This document shows positions 13,856-27,945 of a DNA stretch of 64,000 nt, piece by piece. The DNA comes from Octopus vulgaris (Eukaryota). Below the pieces are notes generated by a model. The model was not told where the DNA came from. It searched no databases and worked only from the letters and a program-made list of their open reading frames with translations. The stretch lies in NCBI GenBank assembly GCA_951406725.2, contig OX597814.1, positions 209,436,001 to 209,500,000 on the forward strand. Direction: 5' to 3'. Each line of letters begins with the position of its first letter. The stretch's first letter is position 1. The translations under genes and the position numbers were made by a program.

Positions 13856-14163
13856 GTATATAAATCAATCAATCAGTCTAACTCTTCATATTTATACACA
13901 CACACATAAGTGTATGTATGTATATGACTAAACGTTCGTGCGTGAGCGCGTGTGTAAGTTTCTGCGCGCGCGTTTGTGTGACTAAGTGCCAGATTAGTAT
14001 TAAAGGTTAACTTGACATAGCCGAGACAATCACTTTATCAAATAATACACCAATCTATGAAAACAGTGTAAAAGTAGGAAGCAAAAGGCTTGAATTGGAG
14101 AGTGAAAAGAGTCTAGCGTTATCGAACTAGACAAGTAGAAAAGAACTCCACAGTACCTATACT

Positions 14164-14224
<61 letters not shown>

Positions 14225-14248
14225 TTATATGTATATGTATATATATAT

Positions 14249-14282
<34 letters not shown>

Positions 14283-14309
14283 GTATATGTATATGTATAT
14301 ATATATGTT

Positions 14310-14360
<51 letters not shown>

Positions 14361-14368
14361 GTTTATGT

Positions 14369-14420
<52 letters not shown>
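12840..14420. repeat. Cluster of compound (TA)n/(TATG)n/(CA)n microsatellites with unique spacers
   Basis: Direct reading. Confidence 0.9.
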
Positions 14421-14423
<3 letters not shown>

Positions 14424-14557
14424 TTTCTATCAGAGCATATGAAAAGTTTGGGTATACTCAAAGAGTGGTAAAGATAAGGTAAGCAGACGAATGTGGTAGC
14501 AATAACATAAAAACTCATAGAGGGGAAATACAGAAATAGAGAGAGAAAGAAAGAGAA

Positions 14558-14592
<35 letters not shown>

Positions 14593-14879
14593 GCAGGGAT
14601 AAAGAGGGGGGTGACAGATAAAGCGAGGAAGATAGGAAAAGAAAGGAAAGAAAAATAAGAATGAACGGATGCTAGTAAGGCAGACGGGGGAAAACGAAGA
14701 CGAAAAATGAAGAAAAATATTTGAATATATTGAGTTGAAAATTTATTGGTTTTGAACAAATTTATAGACGGTTTCCTATTGTTTGTTAGTTAGACAAACA
14801 TAACGTTATGGTTCGACGAAAGAAATCATTAACTGAATTTCAGACCGCTCCTATACATTGAAATACACACACACACACA

Positions 14880-14971
<92 letters not shown>

Positions 14972-15190
14972 TGCGAGAACTAATATCAATTTTCTCTGGA
15001 TCCACCTACATTACTGGGACGTATGGTTAATGTGCCGATATATATATATATATATATATATACGAAGGAAGCTAAGAGTTGCTGCTAAAAGTGATTTTGT
15101 AATGCTTCCCAACTGAATCAGTCATTACAGACAAGAATTTGAAATCTTGATGTAATAGCCCTACCCTATTAAGCTATCGACATCTCATCT

Positions 15191-15425
15191 CAAAGGCGGC
15201 GAGCTGGCAGAAACGTTAGCACACCGGGCGATATGCGTAGCCGTATTTTGTCTGCCGTTACGTTCTGAGTTCAAATTCCGCCGAGGTCGACTTTGCCTTT
15301 CATCCTTTCGGGGTCGATTAAATAAGTACCAGTTTCGCACTGGGGTCGATATAATCGACATAATCCGTTTATCTGTCCTTGTTTGTTCCCTCTGTGTTTA
15401 GCCCCTTGTGGGCAGTAAAGAAATA
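15191..15425 (+). mobile_element. Family B (Meta-type) SINE
   Basis: Full length; 12-bp TSD GACATCTCATCT (15179-15190, 15426-15437). Confidence 0.92.
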
Positions 15426-15441
15426 GACATCTCATCTTTAA

Positions 15442-15489
<48 letters not shown>

Positions 15490-15655
15490 ACTGGCACAGA
15501 CTACGCAAAAAAACCCCAAAAAACACTCGCATATATGCGCTTGATCTGTGTCGTTTTTGTATATTACAGTTTTCTTGGGTACAACTGAAATGATTCCAAA
15601 TCATGAAGTGCTCTGTAAGTCGTAGATATTCGACCCACAGGATGGGTTAAGTTAC

Positions 15656-16410
15656 AAGGCAGCGAGCTGTCAGAATCGTTAGCACGCCGGGCGAAATGCT
15701 TTGCGGTATTTCGTCCGCCGCTGCGTTCTGAGCTCAAATTCCGCCGAGGTCGACTTTGCTTCACATCCTTTCGGGGTTGATAAATTAAGTACCATTTACG
15801 CATTGGGGTCGATGTAATCAACTTAATCCGTTTGTCTGTCCTTGTTCGTACCCTCTGTGTTTAGCCTCTTGTGGGTAGTAAAGAAATAGGTATTTCGTCT
15901 GCCGTTACGTTCTGAGTTCAAATTCCGCCGAGGTCGACTTTGCCTTTCATCCTTTCGGGGTTGATAAATTAAGTACCAGTTACGCACTGGGGTCGATGTA
16001 ATCAACTTAATCCGTTTGTCTGTCCTTGTTCGTCCCCTCTGTGTTTAGCCTCTTGTGGGTAGTAAAGAAATAGGTATTTCGTCTGCCGTTACGTTCTGAG
16101 TTCAAATTCCGCCGCGGTCGACTTTGCCTTTCATCCTTTCGGGGTCGATAAATTAAGTACCAGTAAGGCATTGGGGTCGATGTAATCAACTTAATCCGTT
16201 TGTCTGTCCTTGTTCGTCCCCTCTGTGTTTAGCCTCTTGTGGGTAGTAAAGAAATAGGTATTTCGTCCGTCGCTATGTTCTGAGTTCAAATTCCGCCAAG
16301 GTTTACTTTGTCATTCATCCTTTCGGGTGAAACACTGGGGTCGATGTGCTCGACTAGTCCCATACCCCAAAACTTCAGGCCTTGTGCCTTTTGTAGAAAT
16401 AATTATTTAG
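15656..16410 (+). repeat. Tandem array of family B SINE bodies, 184-bp period
   Basis: One head, then restarts at GGTATTTCGTC at 15889, 16073 and 16257. The last unit is partial with a variant tail. Confidence 0.92.
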
Positions 16411-16883
16411 GTACAAGTTAAGCTCTGATTAGGTCAAACTTGCCTTTCGCCCCTCGAGTTCGATAAAATAAATCTCATTCGTCAAGTCCTGGGCTTCATG
16501 TAATCAACTTCCTCCTCCCCATCAAAAACTGCTGGTCCTTGCCAATACTGCCCACGTAACATAGGTATGCTAGGGTATTCCAGTGAATTAAAGAAATAAG
16601 TACGAACCACAAATAGACAGAAATGTCTTGATTCACACCACAAGAAAAACAACAACAACAAAAAAAAGACAGAAATTCTGAGGTGCACCCTTCTAATTTA
16701 TTTCTATGAACGAGGCTAAAATTGCATGTGAATTAAAAATGCTATACTTTACATTTTTGAGTTATCTCTGCTTTGAAATGTTTTTCTTAGACCGACGTTT
16801 CAGTTGTGGACATCTCATCTACTTTTCAGACATAGTAACGTATTATCTAATCTTTCTTTCTCTTACTAATACGATACATTGTA

Positions 16884-17261
16884 GTGGAGGCGCAATGGCC
16901 CCGTGGTTAGAGCAGCGGACTCGCGGTCATAGGATCGCGGTTTCGATTCCCAGACCGGGCGTTGTGAGTGTTTATTGAGCGAAAACACCTAAAAAGCTCC
17001 ACGAGGCTCCGGCAGGGGATGGTGGCAATCCCTGCTGTACTCTTTCACCACAACTTTCTCTCACTCTTACTTCCTGTTTCTGTTGTACCCGTATTTCAAG
17101 GGGCCGGCCTTGTCACTCTCTGTGTCACGCTGAATATCCCCGAGAACTACGTTAAGGGTACACGTGTCTGTGGAGTGCTCAGCTACTTACACGTTAATTT
17201 CACGAGCAGGCTGTTCCGTTGATTCGGATCAACCGGAACCCTCGTCGTCGTAACCGACGGA
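16884..17261 (+). mobile_element. tRNA-derived SINE, family C head + Nin/Deu-like 3' part
   Basis: A/B boxes; 3' part GAACTACGTTAAGGGTACACGTGTCTGTGG...CCCTCGTCGTCGTAACCGACGGA; 11-bp TSD GATACATTGTA (16873-16883, 17262-17272). Confidence 0.9.
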
Positions 17262-17869
17262 GATACATTGTAATTTGAGGTACATGTAGTTGCTATTTCT
17301 AACAGGTTCAGCAGCTATGTGGCATGTCCACCACTGGCTCCTCAGCACTCTGGTTTTCCATACAAACTGCTCAATTTGTGGAATCTATGAATGTGTGTGT
17401 GTTTTATGTAGAGTTATATTATCGAATCGAACATAATAAAGACTTCATCTACTTTCTTACGAAAAGGAAAAAAAAACTGTTATCTTTCCTTATTCTGGTT
17501 AATAAGTGTTGCAGTTTCATTCTCTTCGAACTCACTGTGACAGGCCAAGCGTTGTGGCTTTCACTTGGCGATATTGGAAATTACCAGTTTGATTCAATTT
17601 GTATTATAAAGCCAAGTTTGCTGTCATATGAAATTCACCTCGACGCAAGAGAGCAAGACTCAAAAATTCACCATTGTTCTCCAACATTGTTAATTATAAG
17701 TTTCAGCAGGTTAATTTGCAGTCAGGTTGTGCAAGACGTCACAGCTGCCATAGCTTGCAGGGGAAGAGCTCGATAACAGAAAACGCCCAGCATGTCGACT
17801 GTCACGCGAATTTCTTTCTTTCTATAAGCTGTGTTTTCTCGTTTTATTGTTTTTATTATTCTTGATAAT

Positions 17870-17872
17870 ATA

Positions 17873-17908
<36 letters not shown>

Positions 17909-17948
17909 TGTATGTATGTATGTATGTATGTTTGTATGTATGTCTATG

Positions 17949-18019
<71 letters not shown>

Positions 18020-18244
18020 GTATATATATATACGCACATAAATATATATATATATGTATGTATATATATACGTATATATATTTGTGTATATGTATATATA
18101 TATATGTATATGTATTTATATGTACATAGATATATATATATTCTTATATATGTGTACGTATGGACGCACACAACACATACACAAAACAAGCGTACAAAAA
18201 CACAAGTATATATGAACATGTATATATGTATGTATATATGTATG

Positions 18245-18276
<32 letters not shown>

Positions 18277-18278
18277 TG

Positions 18279-18331
<53 letters not shown>

Positions 18332-18350
18332 GTCTATCCATCTATCTATC
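17870..18350. repeat. Compound (TATG)n/(TA)n/(ATCT)n microsatellite
   Basis: Direct reading. Confidence 0.95.
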
Positions 18351-20014
18351 CAATTATATATTTGATTTTCCAGTTTTCCTAATTTGTGGGTGAGAAAGAA
18401 GTGTGTTAGGTCATGATCAAGTGAATTATGTGTGTTTAATGTTTTGTATATAATTTCTATTTATGTGGCTTTTTTCTAATATATTTTTACAGAAACAATT
18501 AACGAGAATATTTATCCGTTTCATGTTATTGTGTCTGATGTAGTCAGACTATTGTTGGAGCTTCTTGATGCTGCTAATGTGGTTTTCGTTTACAATTAGC
18601 CCTGTTCTCTACGATGAACACACAAAACTGTTCTTTTCCTGTTTTCACAGGTTTTTTTGTTTCTTCTTTTATTTATTATTTGGCTTTTGTTTAATTTCTG
18701 GATTTTGATTTATGTTGCTCTTTTAAGTAATTATTTTTGTTTTACGTGTTTACTTTGTGTCCTAAGAATTATTTGGGAGGCTTGGAAGGTCAATGAGTTC
18801 AGTGCCATTGTCTTCAGAAGACAAGCCTAAATTTGGCTCTTTAATCATTTATGTCTTCTTTGATGCGTCTTATCGTGTCATTTACCTCGAATATTATCGA
18901 TGCGATAATCGGCGGGATGCATTTCAGATATTATGAGAGAGAACGTAAAGGGATCACCCGAGGTTGTTTTCACCCACAATCCCCCACCAGACAAAATCTC
19001 GTCCACCGGGAAGCTCTGCTGTTGTATGAGAAATTATTGTACTGCCGTATATTATGTAAAACTATATATTTGTGGTGAAAATAATGATATTTTAATAACT
19101 ATACAGAACATACTTCCGAGCTGCATAATACACAAGCGTGCAAGGATATCACCCTGTCCTGTTGTTCTCTACCTACCTCCTTTACTATCAATGACAACAT
19201 ACTGAGCTTTTTCTTATGGTTATCGATTAGTAGTGTGTTATCTCTGAAACCTTATAAATTTATAAGGCATGCTGCAAATCAGAGCTCTCTTTGGTTCAGC
19301 ATTAGCCAGGCTAACATAACTTTGACTCAGGAAATATGAAAGCATACATATCTGTATCACTGGATAAGAAAGCATTTAGAAATAGAAGTTAAGTTTTACG
19401 TTTCGGTTATTGTTATGTTTAGTCTGATGTCAACAATTATTAAATAGTATAGTGATCAAAGGATTCTGCTGTGGCTGCCCAGTCTTTTCCATAGTATCAG
19501 TGTAATTAGGATTACAGTTCTGATCTGATGTAATCTTATCATCTCGATTGGTAGGGCGTGACCCGAGGAAAATGTAATAGTCATTTCAAGCAGGTTGGGA
19601 ATGCCTAGAGATTTCATATTGAATTGTTAAATTGTGATGAATTGGAATTTATTTATATGTTGTGCGCACTAGAATCACTTCTTCCAGTGAAAATTTTAGG
19701 AAGTTAGATATAATGACATAGTTATGAAGTATTATATTCGTAAAATAATGGAGGTAATGTGTTACGACGTTTCGGAAAGATAACTTCCTCCAAGCGATAT
19801 TATTGTTTCACCACAAATCAGTCTTGTTTGAGCAATAATCTCAGCTTTCACAGGTATTGTAGCTAAAATTATATTATATAATGTGGTATTTTTAGTACAA
19901 CGAGTGATTGTATAGAGAATCCCGTTGATTTACTCCCAAGTAAGTTGTAGTCATGCGGCATTGTAAGGAAAATCTGTGAGAATATTGAATTTTTCATAGC
20001 ATATTTATATTATG

Positions 20015-20321
20015 TGTTGTATAGTGAATGTGTATACCCCTCCCGGTAAAAAGAGGTAGGAGTGAGCTATTATAAACAGACCAGTAGCCAAGCATCAAGA
20101 GAGGGTCAAGAGCCGGAGTTGAAAGTCGACAGTTCTAGTCGGTGTCTTGTGGAGATATCAGTGGTAGTAAGACAGAAGAAGTCAGTGTATTACTATTCCG
20201 GTACGAAGAGATACGACAGTACCCGATGACTAGTAACTATTATGGCTACTAGCGTAAAATAGCATCTACAGTACAACGACAGTGATACGTCACACCAGTG
20301 GGAGGAACTCACTTTACAACA
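20015..20321. mobile_element. Solo LTR (307 bp)
   Basis: Ends TGTTGTATAGTGA...TCACTTTACAACA (13-bp imperfect inverted termini, TG..CA), 5-bp TSD TTATG (20010-20014, 20322-20326), internal TATAAA. Confidence 0.8.
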
Positions 20322-21595
20322 TTATGCTAAAACAATTTTTGTCAATTAACTTAAATTTAAAACATAGGTTTCTAAATCATTGTCATAAAAAGTGTTATAA
20401 ATGTTTTGAATTGCTGATTGTTCTGCCTTGTGATTCGAAGTTTTGTATTTGCGGAGGTTTTCATACGCCATGTTATATCGACTCTACTGAACATTAATTT
20501 TTAATTTTTGCCATTGCCGCAAGCTATGCTCGAAACCTACATAAAAGTTTTAAAATTTGCCTCCATTTTATTAATTTTAGCAGAAAAGAAATAAAAGCGA
20601 GTAACACACTCAGATCTAATTAATGAGAAATGTTCGGAATTGCTTTCTCTTTAACATCACGAGAAACCTGCAAAACCATAACTCATATCACATGATACCA
20701 TTTACTGAACCAAATTTTTTCAGCCATCAAATCACACATTTAACACCAACAAAATCTAAAGAAAAAAAGTATTCATTTATTGCAATTATAAGGAAACTGC
20801 AGTTTTACAAGTATAGTAGCTTGACGAAATAAATGCTTTACAGTATTTAGTTACGTCCCTTCATGTTTTGAACTAAAACCTTGTCTGAACTGATTATGCT
20901 ATTTTTATTCGCTCATGGTCGATAAATTATTTTCTTGTTGGAATTAGCTATGTAGTATATACTTAACACTTAGAGATGCTCAATTTTATGCGGAATCTAT
21001 ACTTATTCCTTATTAGGGAAGGTGTCACATTGCGAAAAAATCTTCAAGGATGTCCCTACCATCGGGTGGCATAACAGACTGACTATTATTATCACTATAA
21101 ATAGGTTTGTTCAATCACTATTTAAAGTTAATCTCAAGGTGGTAGTATAAAACCGTATTAGCAGAAGTTAAGATTAACACGAAAGCTGTTTTCTTCCAAA
21201 ATAACATTATTTCTCTTCAATCAACAACAAAAAACTATAGCGATATGTGTGTGTGTGTTTGTGTGTGGGTGTATATACACATATGCGTGTATGTATGTAT
21301 ATATACACATATATATGTACGTATGAATATATACGTACATATATATATTTATATATATATGTACATGTGCATATATGTATAAATACATACATATACATAC
21401 CTGTACACACACACACACACACACATTTCTATGTATGAATGTGTTTATATATGTAAACGTGTCTGCGTAAACACATATACATATATATATGTAAATATAT
21501 GTGTGCATATATATAAATGTATATGGAAATATATATATATATACATAGATACATATACATATAGACACACACACACATATATATATATGCATGCA

Positions 21596-21651
<56 letters not shown>

Positions 21652-21676
21652 AGCATGTATGTTTATATGTGTGTGA

Positions 21677-21734
<58 letters not shown>

Positions 21735-22171
21735 ATGTGTGGGTATATATGAAATCAGATGAACAGCAAGACTAAATCACATAACAAAAAAACAATACAT
21801 ACTCCACCACTCAATTTTCTTCCATCATATGATAGGTCAATCTTTGAAGTTCATCTGATCAAAGGATTAGTTTTAAAATAATTTATCGCAAAACATGATC
21901 GGTGGAACGTGAACTGTTAGTGTGTTTTAAAGTCAAATAAACATATATGAGTTTTCCCCTTCTTCCTATTAAATACCACAGAAACTTTAATAGTATAAGT
22001 AATTTAACATCAACAAAGGTCTTCTCGTGACATCTTAATAGTTTAAAGTTTTAAATCGTTTTCTAACGTAATAAGATAGCGTGCCGAAACAAATAAGCTA
22101 AACAGATGCACACTGACTCATTCACATACACACAAACATACGAAGCATACATAGAACTATTCAAAATACAC

Positions 22172-22217
<46 letters not shown>

Positions 22218-22457
22218 TAATCTCACACACTTGTGTATTTAATCACATGAATGTATATATATATATATATACAGATAGGCAGAGAGGCACGTACACATAT
22301 TCGTAATACGTATATGTATATTCGAATCTGTACAGATATACATCTGCAAGCAAAGATACACCAAAACACGCACACATGCATGTACATCTAACAGCTCACC
22401 TCTGGTATTAAACGGTTTTTCAATATGTTTGTAAGAATAATACACAATATCGACACC

Positions 22458-22493
<36 letters not shown>

Positions 22494-23279
22494 GTTATCT
22501 AATCTGTGGAATAACCTATCGCATGTATTTCTATATGTTCTCTATATACATGTTATATATATATCCACACATACACACACACATAAGCACACATAAAGAT
22601 ATTTTCTTTCTTTTTAATGAAGATTGTTCATATTTTTGCAATATATCCTTGCAGTCAGTTGAATACAGTAAACTTTCTGAATTGATCATTAATATTTCAA
22701 AACCTTCAAATCCGTATCTTTAAAATGAAGTGATGTAGGCAAGTGCAGCAGTATCTCTCAGATCTTCGGATTTGTCGGACCGAAAAATTATAGCTTTCTC
22801 TATTTCTCGAATTAAAGGCGTACTCGCTTTCCTTTTTTGTGCCGTTGGTGCTGAGTACCAAATACTTCCTTTGTGTAACGTCTGTTTTCAACTCCATTGG
22901 AGAAGCAAGTGCTCCTGAGCATAGAGACTGATTTCAACAACTGAATGTTGGCTCCTCGGTTAGGAATTTGTTAGTGTCGACTTTTATTTGAGATATTTGA
23001 TAATGGATGAGATGTCTAGACAAATATACTTAATTTTCAGGTTGTGGGCATTAAATGGCTTATATTATTTGTGTACATTACCAGAGACTCTAAGTTATGG
23101 AGATCGATAAGCAAGATTACATTCTTCTTTCCAATTCTCTTCTGATATATAGTTGCAGCAATGGTTTTCTGTCTGAATTAGCTTCTTACTGAAGCCACAT
23201 GGGACTAGTGCCTCATTAGAAATGAACACTGCTCGTTTGAAAACTTATTTCTACAGATAGGTTTTGTGCACATGTCTGT

Positions 23280-23545
<266 letters not shown>

Positions 23546-24002
23546 ATTCGATATAATTGTTTCTCTATCCATAAGCACGTGTGTATATAACTTGAACTGT
23601 ACTATACTGAATATTTAAACTTAATTTTCTTAATTGTCTTATAATTTTAACCTTAGAAAGGTATGTGGTCTTGCGGGTTGGGTGTTATGCTCACAGTCAT
23701 AATGTCATGGGTTCGTTACCATGACAGAGCAAAATTCCAGTCAGGTCACCTGAAAATGAATACCAGTTGAGTGCTGATGCAGCTTCTCTCCGTTTAACTG
23801 TCACCTCGATGTCCCACTGCGTTAAAAAGCTGGGGGATTTTGAGGATCTTTATGTCTGATGGCCACTACATAGACATCTAACACAATTAGGGAAACCATG
23901 ATATTTTATCCAAATTTATATTTGTTACTAGAGATGAATATGGTTTTTAATTTTAGCCTTGCTGCGAAAATGAAATAGATTTATTCTTCTAAAGGCTTAC
24001 AC

Positions 24003-24627
24003 ATTTCTATAAACAGAAAAAAGTAGGATTAATGTGACTGGTTTCTAGTTTCCTTAGACCTTCATCAGAGAAAGAATAACCAATCTTTTTTTATGTAGTG
24101 ACTAGAAGCTTGTAAAACAGAATGTGATTATAGCACAATATTTTATATTTTGTGGACAGAAAAAGTGGAACAATTATGGTTAAATACTAGTTACGTAACC
24201 ACTTCATCGGAGAAAAATACGGTGAAGAGAATATCCGCAGATAGGAGATTCGTATACTTGATTTTAACATTGTAAAAGAATGCTAAAACTAATTAGACCA
24301 ATGTTATATTTGCTCTTCACAGAGCGATTAAAACTTGTATGTGGTTTCATTATTTGCTATTGTCAACAATGTTACACAGTAAATTTTACAAGAGAACAGG
24401 AGTCGCTGCTGGGTGCATTATCAATTCTTTAACTGACCACATTGCCAGCCCGGGTACCTTTATGCAAGTTAGCTGAACTAGGTTATTTGCGTCCGATACT
24501 TTCTACTTTGTAAACAGCTATATGTCACAAAACACTATGTATGCAGAAGATATGCTACTTTTCCTGATGAAGATCTAAGGCAAGAAATTAGTCTTCTTGA
24601 TGCTGTATTTTCTGTCTATAAAAATAT
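24003..24627. mobile_element. Old inverted pair of pseudo-LTR-like segments with degenerate hammerhead cores
   Basis: 24003-24072 (minus) and 24560-24627 (plus) both read CTGATGAAG(G/A)TCTAAGG...AGAAA(CC/TT)AGTC...TTTTCTGT(T/C)TATA. Confidence 0.45.
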
Positions 24628-24952
24628 ATAAACCCTGTGGTGTACAACTTCTATTACATTTGAAATACGCAGAAGTTTAATAATTGAATTGAATACAGTT
24701 TCGACCGTTTGTTTATAATTCTTGACTGCAAAATTCAATAATAGTTGCAATCACTTCGCAACAAAATTATATAAAATCAAATAAACTATTAAACTTCGCT
24801 GGCAGATACAGAAATGCGCAAAAACAAACAAAAAATATAAAGAGACTTTGTTATTTAATAATTTTGTAAAATATGGATTTGTAAAATGTATGTTCGCACT
24901 GTGCATAGAGCAGATGTTAGACAACAATTACATGAATTTGTTTGGTACACAT

Positions 24953-25038
<86 letters not shown>

Positions 25039-25444
25039 ACACATACACACATACATACACGCAGAATGAAAGAGAGAGAGAGAGAGAGATAGAGAGAGAG
25101 AGACAGTGAGATAGAGATAGAGATAAATAGATATATAGATAGGTAGGTAGATAGATAAGTAGATATGTATGGATACTTAAAGGATTAGGAATTACTCTAC
25201 TCATACAGAAAGTCATATTTGCATATACATATATGAAAATATAAACATATACATATATCATTTATTTAATGACAGCTTGATTTGGCTCCATGCAACTTAA
25301 AATTTCGTGAGCTTGTGCATCGAAACGAACTTCTTAGGGCTGGAAATCCGAATCAAAAGTGTCTGAGACAGCTAAGGATATTGGGCTGTTATTGGTCGAT
25401 GCGGTCTCATGGTGTTACTAACATTGTGTTATTCGAATAGAAGT

Positions 25445-25526
<82 letters not shown>

Positions 25527-25639
25527 TGTATGTATGTATGTTTGTATATATATGTATGTGTGTGTGAGCGAGTGTGTGCATTTAAGTATGCATACATCCT
25601 TATACGCATATATATACGTATATATATATATATTTATTA

Positions 25640-26215
25640 GGTTTTCATTATATACAATTATTTATAGAGATTATTTTAGATCTTGATTATAATATTTATA
25701 TATATTTTCATTGATAATATATATATATTAGTCATTTTAAATATTTATGTAATTAGATATAGACTAATATTGATATTAGAATATGGGTTTTCTACCCTAT
25801 AAATTAAAGTTAATATTTAACATTATAGTCGATTTCGATAGAATCATATTTAATAATAGAGTTTATTATAAGTAAAATTATTATATTATATATATTATTT
25901 ATATCTTAAAAATATTGATTATATTTTAGATATTTAAACCACTTGATGAATGACTGCGACTCAAAAATTTGAAGACAGCAGGCATGAAACGATCGTAGTG
26001 TGATATTAATTATATTTTTTTAATAATTTTGTTACATATTTAAATAATACAAATTAATCATATGTATTGGCTTAAGTTTTTCATTGTTTGATTTGCCTAA
26101 TAGTGGTTTTGTCTCTAATTTAATATAATATAATATTTGACTATAAAATTGGATTCAATCCTAAATCTGATTTTTCTCTGTAAGTTTGGATTTATTCCCT
26201 AATATTTATTATTAT
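25640..26215 (+). mobile_element. PLE pseudo-LTR-like AT-rich element between (TA)n tracts
   Basis: Contains an HHR-like motif. Its 3' end (...TTTTTCTCTGTAAGTTTGGA...CCCTAA) is homologous to 27818-27945. Confidence 0.6.
25940..26000 (+). ncRNA. Hammerhead ribozyme motif, variant (U at C3)
   Basis: CAC-UUGAUGA-AUG.CUGC...GCAG.CAU-GAAA-CGAUCG-UA-GUG: stem II pairs, stem III is a palindromic hexamer, stem I is 3 bp. Confidence 0.6.
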
Positions 26216-26231
26216 TATATATATATATATC

Positions 26232-26289
<58 letters not shown>

Positions 26290-26331
26290 TGAAATAGAAA
26301 GATGAATAATCTTGTTGCAGATTAATCAAAA

Positions 26332-26381
<50 letters not shown>

Positions 26382-26387
<6 letters not shown>

Positions 26388-27546
26388 GGTTCAATTTAAG
26401 GACAGTTGATTGCGACCTACTTTCGGGGATGAATCCATTGTTCTGCCAGATGCGGGTAGATTAATTAGCTCTGGGGAAACTCCCCGACCCTTTCAGGTGA
26501 ATTAGAGTTCAGTTTGTGAGAGACAGTGAGAGAAATGTTGAGGGGCTGAGGAAGACAGTTTAAGGAATCTGAGGAGCTGACAAGCGAGAGAATGATAGAG
26601 AATGTGAAAGAGGAAGACAGGCAGAAAGTATTACAGAGCTAAGAGAGTGGAGATTGCGACAGAGAGATTGGGGTAGTGACAAGGCAGTCGAGGACAGAGC
26701 AAGTGAGGATTTAGCAGTCGGCATTTGGAATTCAAGGCAAGCGGTTGGCAGTTGACAGTTGACAGTTGGATTTAGCAGTTGGCAGTTGGATTGTACAGGA
26801 GTTGGTAATGGTTTGTTCTGCTGTGACGGAGAGAGGATTACGGATGGAAGGCATGGCTATTATAGTAGGAACTGAACGGTATGTGTTAATTGTATGTTTT
26901 GATATGTGAAGAAAAAGAAGGAGAAAGAATCGATGTATTGAAATGTAAAAGAAATGAGACAGTAAAAAGAACAATGTGAACTGTGTTGATATGTGTTACA
27001 GAACTGTTAAAGAAAGAGAGAGACTCTGTTGTAGTCTTTAATGAACATTGAATTGTATATGCCTTTAATGTCCTTTGAACTGTAACGTTAATGTGATTTG
27101 AAACAGAACTGTTGTCTCCGAACTGTATATTGTATCTGCATGTTTAAATGCTTTGATCTGTTGTATACCTGTTTCTTGATTTGTTGTTTTCTTGAAATGC
27201 TGTTGTTATTGCATTTGATGTGTTGTTACTTGCATGTGTTTCCGCTTTGATGTATCTGATATGTATTTGATGTTGTAACAATTATAAAGTGTTATAAACT
27301 AGTAGGTTAAACGTAGCCAATTGCCTTCCGCTGTATTTCTTTGTGTCTGTTTCGATTGCCTCTGTGTCTCTTCCTGCAGCTGTTGTTGTTGTTGTTATCT
27401 CTCTCCTCTCTGAGTTCCGTGGCGAACACTCGCCGATCGATTCGAGCCTGGTCAATCGTCGTCGCTCGACTTGTTGGGATCCCGGGTTGACGAGTTCGAG
27501 CGGCAGCAGGTGGGATTCCGTAACAGCTTTCGGAGGTCCCGTAACA
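26382..27546. mobile_element. Probable solo LTR (~1165 bp), Gypsy-like
   Basis: TGTTGTGG...CCGTAACA termini, ATAT on both sides within (TA)-rich sequence, composition distinct from flanks, no ORF. Confidence 0.65.
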
Positions 27547-27679
27547 ATATGTATATATATTTATGCATGCTTATACACAAACACACACACATATATACAT
27601 ATATACGTATATATTTATATGTGTATCTATGTATCTAAGTATCTATATATATACCAATATATATATATATATACATATA

Positions 27680-27945
27680 TAAATTAAAGAAAAAACACTA
27701 TTATGTAATTCAAACAATGATAGACATAAACCAAATCATAAAGAAAAAATAAAATATATAATAAAACATATAACTAGATCACAAAAAGTACAAAAAATGA
27801 GTAAACAATATATAATAATTGTTTGAATTGCATAATAGTGTTTTTTCTCTAATTTATATATATTATATATTTATATTGTGAAATTTGATTTAATACTAAA
27901 CTGAATTTTTCCCTGTAAGTTTGGAGTTATACTCCCTAAAATCAT
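27680..27945. mobile_element. Short pseudo-LTR remnant with inverted arms
   Basis: 27681-27720 (AAATTAAAGAAAAAACACTATTATGTAATTCAAACAAT) is the reverse complement of 27818-27855; related to 26080-26205. Confidence 0.55.

Noticed and set aside
15656-16410. CRISPR-like periodicity (also 59310-60599)
   Set aside because: Whole 184-bp units repeat with no unique spacers; they are SINE bodies in a eukaryotic context.
16884-16960. tRNA gene (also the other SINE heads)
   Set aside because: A/B boxes run straight into SINE bodies with TSDs; no complete cloverleaf or terminator.
22700-23200. Possible GIY-YIG/PLE remnant on the minus strand
   Set aside because: Only vague motif echoes; needs a profile-HMM search.
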